This document shows, one piece after another, positions 54,201-64,000 of a stretch of 64,000 bases of DNA. The notes beneath the pieces were generated by a model. It ran no database searches. It had not been told where the DNA came from and saw only the letters and a list, made by a program, of their open reading frames with translations. The position numbers and the translations under genes were made by a program. Positions within the stretch are counted from its first letter, which is position 1; each line of letters starts with the position of its first letter. The DNA lies in contig CM120642.1 in NCBI GenBank assembly GCA_051362555.1, positions 7,254,001 to 7,318,000 on the forward strand, in the 5' to 3' direction. Origin of the DNA: Lingula anatina. Lineage: Eukaryota > Animalia > Brachiopoda.

Positions 54201-57200
54201 ACTGAGGTTACGTTTGACTTCGCCTGTGGCGTTATAGAGCACGTTGAGATCCAAAGTGGTTTACACCTTGACGATTTTAGTTTTGAGTAGTCTTTGCCAT
54301 TTGAAATGCAGACCGTGGAATTACCCAGGGGACTGTGTGACCATACGAACAGTCTTCATAAGCAAAGGACATGAGAAAAAAATGTATGAATGGGTAAAGC
54401 AATAGCGGCAACGCTACTTTTGAAAAAAAAAAATTGAGAACTTTTCTTGCAGATTATCCCAACGAGAAAATAGCACTTTTCCATGAAATGGCAGTATTAC
54501 ATGCGTGGCGCCGTATCGGGTCAGCAATTGACTCGATTCAAGTTTGACATGTGACGTACCTGGAAAAAGATAGAGTTCAATGAGCTTACCCTCGTCAACA
54601 CCATTTTGAGGTCTTTTAAGTGAAGAGAAAGGAAGTGTTATTGACGATGCATTTTTGATGAGAATGACCAGCAAAAAGTCTATGTCAAGTCGGTCACTTA
54701 TGGTGAACTATGCCGTTTTTTATGCAAAAGGTTCATATCAAATCACCGTATTTATCTTTAAGTAATAAATCTACTAAAAAAGATGTAAGATCTTCATAGA
54801 TGCACCACTGTGACAACAACTTTTTTATTAATGGTGCAAAAGGTAATTTGCGAGGACCCACGAGAGGCTGCATTCGCTCCTGTGGCTTCCCGCTCCCAGC
54901 GCCAGTTAGATGACGTTGTTGTGGTAGACTGACGTGCGTCTTCTGGGATTCGAACCCGTGACTCTACGTTTTTGCATTTGTTTTTTGCAGCCGTGCACGC
55001 TACCGACTGCGCCGTGACAGACCCGCCCACCCTCCGTACCTACGAGTTTCCTTTTATAGTAATCGAACTCAATTTGTGCAAATTATTTCTGGAATAAAAA
55101 TATTTCGTCGCATCCTCGGACTCGAACCCGCGTACGTGGGTCTGTCAGTTTTCCAGTCGGCAAAGTTACCACGGAGCCAGACAAACTTGGTTAGTGAACG
55201 GGAGATCAAATGGAAACCTTTTACCTTCTCACGGAGAGGACCAGTTTGGATATACACGTATATATATCTCCAGTTACCATCGATAGCCAGGGTGCTGCGT
55301 TTCTTTCCCGAGCCACGCCAGGCCACGAACATGGTCTTCTCATGAACGTTGACGTTTGTCACGTCCATTAGACCTTGTTTGACAACCTGGAACGGAGCCT
55401 TCCTACATAGATGACTTTCTTTTACTTTCAGTCATTGAGAAAGTGTTTGCTTCAACTATGACCGTAAAAAGACGCAATGGTATCAAAGGCCGTTCACACC
55501 AGGGCGGTTTTAGTTTAAGCAAGCCCCTACGAAAAGGGAATCTATAAAAAAAGTTCAAATGTTCAAAGACTGGTGCGCTTTCCATTCTAGCAATTGGGAG
55601 GATACAGAATTCGAGAAAAAAACATATTTGGCGTATAACTCCACCCACAAGATACCATCTTTTTCTGTTGAATGCGATTTACGAGTGATGTGACGTCATT
55701 CTACTGTATACAGGGAAAGTTACTGAATCATTTCAATTTCGGTCGCTTTTATTGATAAACCTGCCTGTCATGTTCCTAGCTATATGATTTCAAGTGATTT
55801 TATTTCCATTTTGTGTTACACTGAGGTTACGTTTGACTTCGCCTGTGGCGTTATAGAGCACGTTGAGATCCAAAGTGGTTTACACCTTGACGATTTTAGT
55901 TTTGCGTAGTCTTTGCCATTTGAAATGCAGACTGTGGAATTGCCCCGGGGACAGTGTGACCATACGAATAGTCTTGATAGGCAAAGGACATGAGAAAAAA
56001 ATGTATGAATGGGTAAAGCAATAGCGGCAACGCTACTTTTGAAAAAAAATTGAGAACTTTTCTTGCAGATTATCCCAACAAGAAAATAGCACTTTTCCAT
56101 GAAATGGCAGTATTACATGCGTGGCGCCGTATCGGGTCAGCAATTGACTCGATTCAAGTTTGACATGTGACGTACCTGGAAAAAGATAGAGTTCAATGAG
56201 CTTACCCTCGTCAACACCATTTTGAGGTCTTTTAAGTGAAGAGAAAGGAAGTGTTATTGACGATTCAGTCTTGATGAGAATGACCAGCAAAAAGTCTATG
56301 TCAAGTCGATCACTTATTGTAAACTATGCCGTTTTTATGCAAAAGGTTCATATCAAATCACCGTATTTATCTTTAAGTAATAAATCTACTGAAAAAGATG
56401 TAAGATCTTCATAGATGCACCACTGTGACAACAACTTTTTTTATTAATGGTGCAAAAGGTAATTTGCGAGGACCCACGAGAGGCTGCATTCGTTCCTGTG
56501 GCTTCCCGCTCCCAGCGCCAGTTCGATGACGTTGTTGTTGTGAACTGACGTGCGTCTTCTGGGATTCGAACCCGTGACTCTACGTTTTTGCATTTGTGTT
56601 TTGCTGCCGTGCACGCTTCCGACTGCGCCGTGACAGACCCGCCCACCCTCCGTACTCACGAGTTTCCTTTTATAGTAATCGAACTCAATTTGTGCAAATT
56701 ATTTCTGGAATAAAAATATTTCGTCGCATCCTCGGACTCGAACCCGCGTACGTGGGTCTGTCAGTTTTCCAGTCGGCAAAGTTACCACGGAGCCAGACAA
56801 ACTTGGTTAGTGGATAGGAGATCAAATGGAAACCTTTTACCTTCTCACGGCGAGGGCCAGTTTGGATATACACGTATATATATATATATCTTCAGTTACC
56901 ATCGATAGCCAGGGTGCTGCGTTTCTTTCCCGAGCCACGCCAGGCCACGAACATGGTCTTCTCATGAACGTTGACGTTTGTCACGTCCACTAGACCTTGT
57001 TTGACAACCTGGAACGGAGCCTTCCTACATAGATGACTTTCTTTTACTTTCAGTCATTGAGAAAGTGTCTGCTTCAACTATGACGGTAAAAAGACGCAAT
57101 GGTATCAAAGGCCGTTCACACCTGGGCGGTTTTAGTTTAAGCAAGCCCCTACGAAAAGGGAATCTATAAAAAAAGTTCAAATGTTCAAAGACTGGTGCGC

Positions 57201-60200
57201 TTTCCATTCTAGCAATTGGGAGGATACAGAATTCGAGAAAAAAAACATATTTGGCGTATAACTCCACCCACAAGATACCATCTTTTTCTGTTGAATGCGA
57301 TTTACGAGTGATGTGACGTCATAATACTGTATACAGGGAAAGTTAATTACTGAATCATTTCAATTTCGGTCGCTTTTATTGATAAACCTGCCTGTCATGT
57401 TCCTAGCTATATGATTTCAAGTGATTTTATTTCCATTTTGTGTTACACTGAGGTTACGTTTGACTTCGCCTGTGGCGTTATAGAGCACGTTGAGATCCAA
57501 AGTGGTTTACACCTTGACGATTTTAGTTTTGCGTAGTCTTTGCCATTTGAAATGCAGACTGTGGAATTGCCCCGGGGACAGTGTGACCATACGAATAGTC
57601 TTGATAGGCAAAGGACATGAGAAAAAAATGTATGAATGGGTAAAGCAATAGCGGCAACGCTACTTTTGAAAAAAAATTGAGAACTTTACTTGCAGATTAT
57701 CCCAACGAGAAAATAGCACTTTTCCATGAAATGGCAGTATTACATGCGTGGCGCCGTATCGGGTCAGCAATTGACTCGATTCAAGTTTGACATGTGACGT
57801 ACCTGGAAAAAGATAGAGTTCAATGAGCTTACCCTCGTCAACACCATTTTGAGGTCTTTTAAGTGAAGAGAAAGGAAGTGTTATTGACGATTCAGTCTTG
57901 ATGAGAATGACCAGCAAAAAGTCTATGTCAAGTCGATCACTTATTGTAAACTATGCCGTTTTTTATGCAAAAGGTTCATATCAAATCACCGTATTTATCT
58001 TTAAGTAATAAATCTACTAAAAAAGATGTAAGATCTTCATAGATGCACCACTATGACAACAACTTTTTTATTAATGGTGCAAAAGGTAATTTGCGAGGAC
58101 CCACGAGAGGCTGCATTCGCTCCTGTGGCTTCCCGCTCCCAGCGCCAGTTAGATGACGTTGTTGTGGTAGACTGACGTGCGTCTTCTGGGATTCGAACCC
58201 GTGACTCTACGTTTTTGCATTTGTTTTTTGCAGCCGTGCACGCTACCGACTGCGCCGTGACAGACCCGCCAACCCTCCGTACCTACGAGTTTCCTTTTAT
58301 AGTAATCGAACTCAATTTGTGCAAATTATTTCTGGAATAAAAATATTTCGTCGCATCCTCGGACTCGAACCCGCGTACGTGGGTCTGTCAGTTTTCCAGT
58401 CGGCAAAGTTACCACGGAGCCAGACAAACTTGGTTAGTGGATGGGAGATCAAATGGAAACCTTTTACCTTCTCACGGAGAGGGCCAGTTTGGATATACAC
58501 GTATTTATACATATATATATCTCCAGTTACCATCGATAGCCAGGGTGCTGCGTTTCTTTCCCGAGCCACGCCAGGCCACGAACACGGTCTTCTCATGAAC
58601 GTTGACGTTTGTCACGTCCACTAGACCTTGTTTGACAACCTGGAACGGAGCCTTCCTACATAGATGACTTTCTTTTACTTTCAGTCATTGAGAAAGTGTT
58701 TGCTTCAACTATGACGGTAAAAAGACGCAATGGTATCAAAGGCCGTTCACACCGGGGCGGTTTTAGTTTAAGCAAGCCCCTACGAAAAGGGATTCTTTAA
58801 AAAAAAGTTCAAATGTTCAAAGACTGGTGCGCTTTCCATTCTAGCAATTGGGAGGATACAGAATTTGAGAAAAAAAACATATTTGGCGTATAACTCCACC
58901 CACAAGATACCATCTTTTTCTGTTGAATGCGATTTACGAGTGATGTGACGTCATTCTACTGTATACAGGGAAAGTTACTGAATCATTTCAATTTCGGTCG
59001 CTTTTATTGATAAACCTGCCTGTCATGTTCCTAGCTATATGATTTCAAATGATTTTATTTCCATTTTGTGTTACACTGAGGTTACGTTTGACTTCGCCTG
59101 TGGCGTTATAGAGCACGTTGAGATCCAAAGTGGTTTACACCTTGACGATTTTAGTTTTGAGTAGTCTTTGCCATTTGAAATGCAGACCGTGGAATTACCC
59201 CGGGGACTGTGTGACCATACGAACAGTCTTCATAAGCAAAGGACATGAGAAAAAAATGTATGAATGGGTAAAGCAATAGCGGCAACGCTACTTTTGAAAA
59301 AAAAAATTGAGAACTTTTCTTGCAGATTATCCCAACGAGAAAATAGCACTTTTCCATGAAATGGCAGTATTACATGCGTGGCGCCGTATCGGGTCAGCAA
59401 TTGACTCGATTCAAGTTTGACATGTGACGTACCTGGAAAAAGATAGAGTTCAATGAGCTTACCCTCGTCAACACCATTTTGAGGTCTTTTAAGTGAAGAG
59501 AAAGGAAGTGTTATTGACGATGCATTTTTGATGAGAATGACCAGCAAAAAGTCTATGTCAAGTCGGTCACTTATGGTGAACTATGCCGTTTTTTATGCAA
59601 AAGGTTCATATCAAATCACCGTATTTATCTTTAAGTAATAAATCTACTGAAAAAGATGTAAGATCTTCATAGATGCACCACTGTGACAACAACTTTTTTA
59701 TTAATGGTGCAAAAGGTAATTTGCGAGGACCCACGAGAGGCTGCATTCGCTCCTGTGGCTTCCCACTCCCAGCGCCAGTTCGATGACGTTGTTGTGGTAG
59801 ACTGACGTGCGTCTTCTGGGATTCGAACCCGTGACTCTACGTTTTTGCATTTGTTTTTTGCTGCCGTGCACGCTACCGACCGCGCCGTGACAGACCCGCC
59901 CACCCTCCGTACCTACGAGTTTCCTTTTATAGTAATCGAACTCAATTTGTGCAAATTATTTCTGGAATAAAAATAATTCGTCGCATCTTCGGACTCGAAC
60001 CAGCGTACGTGGGTCTGTCAGTTTTCCAGTCGGCAAAGTTACCACGGAGCCAGACAAACTTGGTTAGTGAACGGGAGATCAAATGGAAACCTTTTACCTT
60101 CTCACGGAGAGGACCAGTTTGGATATACACGTATATATATCTCCAGTTACCATCGATAGCCAGGGTGCTGCGTTTCTTTCCCGAGCCACGCCAGGCCACG

Positions 60201-63200
60201 AACATGGTCTTCTCATGAACGTTGACGTTTGTCACGTCCATTAGACCTTGTTTGACAACCTGGAACGGAGCCTTCCTACATAGATGACTTTCTTTTACTT
60301 TCAGTCATTGAGAAAGTGTTTGCTTCAACTATGACCGTAAAAAGACGCAATGGTATCAAAGGCCGTTCACACCAGGGCGGTTTTAGTTTAAGCAAGCCCC
60401 TACGAAAAGGGATTCTTTAAAAAAGTGCAAATGTTCAAAGACTGGTGCGCTTTCCATTCTAGCAATTGGGAGGATACAGAATTTGAGAAAAAAACATATT
60501 TGGCGTATAACTCCACCCACAAGATACCATCTTTTTCTGTTGAATGCGATTTACGAGTGATGCGACGTGATTCTACTGTATACAGGGAAAGTTACTGAAT
60601 CATTTCAATTTCGGTCGCTTTTATTGATAAACCTGCCTGTCATGTTCCTAGCTATATGATTTCAAATGATTTTATTTCCATTTTGTGTTACACTGAGGTT
60701 ACGTTTGACTTCGCCTGTGGCGTTATAGAGCACGTTGAGATCCAAAGTGGTTTACACCTTGACGATTTTAGTTTTGAGTAGTCTTTGCCATTTGAAATGC
60801 AGACCGTGGAATTACCCCGGGGACTGTGTGACCATACGAACAGTCTTCATAAGCAAAGGACATGAGAAAAAAATGTATGAATGGGTAAAGCAATAGCGGC
60901 AACGCTACTTTTGAAAAAAAAAATTGAGAACTTTTCTTGCAGATTATCCCAACGAGAAAATAGCACTTTTCCATGAAATGGCAGTATTACATGCGTGGCG
61001 CCGTATCGGGTCAGCAATTGACTCGATTCAAGTTTGACATGTGACGTACCTGGAAAAAGATAGAGTTCAATGAGCTTACCCTCGTCAACACCATTTTGAG
61101 GTCTTTTAAGTGAAGAGAAAGGAAGTGTTATTGACGATGCATTTTTGATGAGAATGACCAGCAAAAAGTCTATGTCAAGTCGGTCACTTATGGTGAACTA
61201 TGCCGTTTTTTATGCAAAAGGTTCATATCAAATCACCGTATTTATCTTTAAGTAATAAATCTACTGAAAAAGATGTAAGATCTTCATAGATGCACCACTG
61301 TGACAACAACTTTTTTATTAATGGTGCAAAAGGTAATTTGCGAGGACCCACGAGAGGCCGCATTCGTTCCTGTGGCTTCCCGCTCCCAGCGCCAGTTCGA
61401 TGACGTTGTTGTGGTGAACTGACGTGCGTCTTCTGGGATTCGAACCCGTGACTCTACGTTTTTGCATTTGTGTTTTGCTGCCGTGCACGCTTCCGACTGC
61501 GCCGTGACAGACCCGCCCACCCTCCGTACTCACGAGTTTCCTTTTATAGTAATCGAACTCAATTTGTGCAAATTATTTCTGGAATAAAAATATTTCGTCG
61601 CATCCTCGGACTCGAACCCGCGTACGTGGGTCTGTCAGTTTTCCAGTCGGCAAAGTTACCACGGAGCCAGACAAACTTGGTTAGTGGATGTGAGATCAAA
61701 TGGAAACCTTTTACCTTCTCACGGCGAGGGCCAGTTTGGATATACAGGTAAATATATATATATATCTCCAGTTACCATCGATAGCCAGGGTGCTGCGTTT
61801 CTTTCCCGAGCCACGCCAGGCCACGAACACGGTCTTCTCATGAACGTTGACGTTTGTCACGTCCACTAGACCTTGTTTGACAACCTGGAACGGAGCCTTC
61901 CTACATAGATGACTTTCTTTTACTTTCAGTCATTGAGAAAGTGTTTCCTTCAACTATGACGGTAAAAAGACGCAATGGTATCAAAGGCCGTTCACACCGG
62001 GGCGGTTTTAGTTTAAGCAAGCCCCTACGAAAAGGGATTCTTTAAAAAAGTGCAAATGTTCAAAGACTGGTGCGCTTTCCATTCTAGCAATTGGGAGGAT
62101 ACAGAATTTGAGAAAAAAACATATTTGGCGTATAACTCCACCCACAAGATACCATCTTTTTCTGTTGAATGCGATTTACGAGTGATGCGACGTGATTCTA
62201 CTGTATACAGGGAAAGTTACTGAATCATTTCAATTTCGGTCGCTTTTATTGATAAACCTGCCTGTCATGTTCCTAGCTATATGATTTCAAATGATTTTAT
62301 TTCCATTTTGTGTTACACTGAGGTTACGTTTGACTTCGCCTGTGGCGTTATAGAGCACGTTGAGATCCAAAGTGGTTTACACCTTGACGATTTTAGTTTT
62401 GAGTAGTCTTTGCCATTTGAAATGCAGACCGTGGAATTACCCCGGGGACTGTGTGACCATACGAACAGTCTTCATAAGCAAAGGACATGAGAAAAAAATG
62501 TATGAATGGGTAAAGCAATAGCGGCAACGCTACTTTTGAAAAAAAAAATTGAGAACTTTTCTTGCAGATTATCCCAACGAGAAAATAGCACTTTTCCATG
62601 AAATGGCAGTATTACATGCGTGGCGCCGTATCGGGTCAGCAATTGACTCGATTCAAGTTTGACATGTGACGTACCTGGAAAAAGATAGAGTTCAATGAGC
62701 TTACCCTCGTCAACACCATTTTGAGGTCTTTTAAGTGAAGAGAAAGGAAGTGTTATTGACGATGCATTTTTGATGAGAATGACCAGCAAAAAGTCTATGT
62801 CAAGTCGGTCACTTATGGTGAACTATGCCGTTTTTTATGCAAAAGGTTCATATCAAATCACCGTATTTATCTTTAAGTAATAAATCTACTAAAAAAGATG
62901 TAAGATCTTCATAGATGCACCACTGTGACAACAACTTTTTTATTAATGGTGCAAAAGGTAATTTGCGAGGACCCACGAGAGGCCGCATTCGCTCCTGTGG
63001 CTTCCCGCTCCCAGCGCCAGTTAGATGACGTTGTTGTGGTAGACTGACGTGCGTCTTCTGGGATTCGAACCCGTGACTCTACGTTTTTGCATTTGTTTTT
63101 TGCAGCCGTGCACGCTACCGACTGCGCCGTGACAGACCCGCCCACCCTCCGTACCTACGAGTTTCCTTTTATAGTAATCGAACTCAATTTGTGCAAATTA

Positions 63201-64000
63201 TTTCTGGAATAAAAATATTTCGTCGCATCCTCGGACTCGAACCCGCGTACGTGGGTCTGTCAGTTTTCCAGTCGGCAAAGTTACCACGGAGCCAGACAAA
63301 CTTGGTTAGTGGATGGGAGATCAAATGGAAACCTTTTACCTTCTCACGGAGAGGGCCAGTTTGGATATACACGTATTTATACATATATATATATCTCCAG
63401 TTACCATCGATAGCCAGGGTGCTGCGTTTCTTTCCCGAGCCACGCCAGGCCACGAACACGGTCTTCTCATGAACGTTGACGTTTGTCACGTCCACTAGAC
63501 CTTGTTTGACAACCTGGAACGGAGCCTTCCTACATAGATGACTTTCTTTTACTTTCAGTCATTGAGAAAGTGTTTCCTTCAACTATGACGGTAAAAAGAC
63601 GCAATGGTATCAAAGGCCGTTCACACCGGGGCGGTTTTAGTTTAAGCAAGCCCCTACGAAAAGGGATTCTTTAAAAAAGTGCAAATGTTCAAAGACTGGT
63701 GCGCTTTCCATTCTAGCAATTGGGAGGATACAGAATTTGAGAAAAAAACATATTTGGCGTATAACTCCACCCACAAGATACCATCTTTTCTGTATACAGG
63801 GAAAGTTACTGAATCATTTCAATTTCGGTCGCTTTTATTGATAAACCTGCCTGTCATGTTCCTAGCTATATGATTTCAAATGATTTTATTTCCATTTTGT
63901 GTTACACTGAGGTTACGTTTGACTTCGCCTGTGGCGTTATAGAGCACGTTGAGATCCAAAGTGGTTTACACCTTGACGATTTTAGTTTTGAGTAGTCTTT

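Larger units (their letters stand above)
37690..64000. repeat. Tandem array (macrosatellite) of ~1.62-kb monomers, about 16 copies, running off the window end
   Basis: The anchor GAGATCAAATGGAAACC occurs at about 37690, 39309, 40928, 42544, 44172, 45803, 47420, 48937, 50454, 52069, 53585, 55201, 56817, 58444, 60074, 61691 and 63316. Monomers are near-identical by eye. Confidence 0.98.

Noticed and set aside
38522-63498. Recurrent 60-134 aa ORFs in the array (MLVILIK..., MDVTNV..., MQIISG...)
   Set aside because: They recur only because the DNA is repeated. They frameshift freely between monomers at homopolymer and (TA)n runs and resemble no protein family I recognise.
37690-64000. Array as CRISPR, hammerhead retrozyme, histone cluster or rDNA
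   Set aside because: No unique spacers, no CTGANGA/GAAA hammerhead core found by eye, and no histone ORFs or rRNA motifs.

Overview
AT-rich, intron-rich animal genomic DNA, not prokaryotic; it looks like an invertebrate, possibly a mollusc, but that is inference. Almost all ORFs in the six-frame track are spurious. (1) A complete ARMC3 orthologue lies on the + strand: a likely non-coding exon 1 ending at 22256, then 20 coding exons from 23309 to 36957. I spliced these by hand through GT-AG junctions into 2649 nt, or 882 aa. There is also a candidate 27-nt in-frame microexon. (2) A CpG-richer promoter at about 21.7-22.4 kb looks bidirectional, with a minus-strand first exon (MSVVSIMFK|GTAAGT). 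Bases 1-22 kb are probably that gene's long intron. (3) Two oppositely oriented copies of a non-autonomous Helentron/HINE-like element carry about 4 and about 10 internal 146-bp tandem units. Older MITE-like repeats and microsatellites are also present. (4) From about 37.7 kb to the window end runs a homogeneous, CpG-rich tandem array of about 16 monomers of ~1.62 kb. Each monomer carries two degenerate tRNA-like Pol III (A box/B box) cassettes on the minus strand. The array shows block duplications and microhomology-bounded deletions. It is the most unusual feature of the window.
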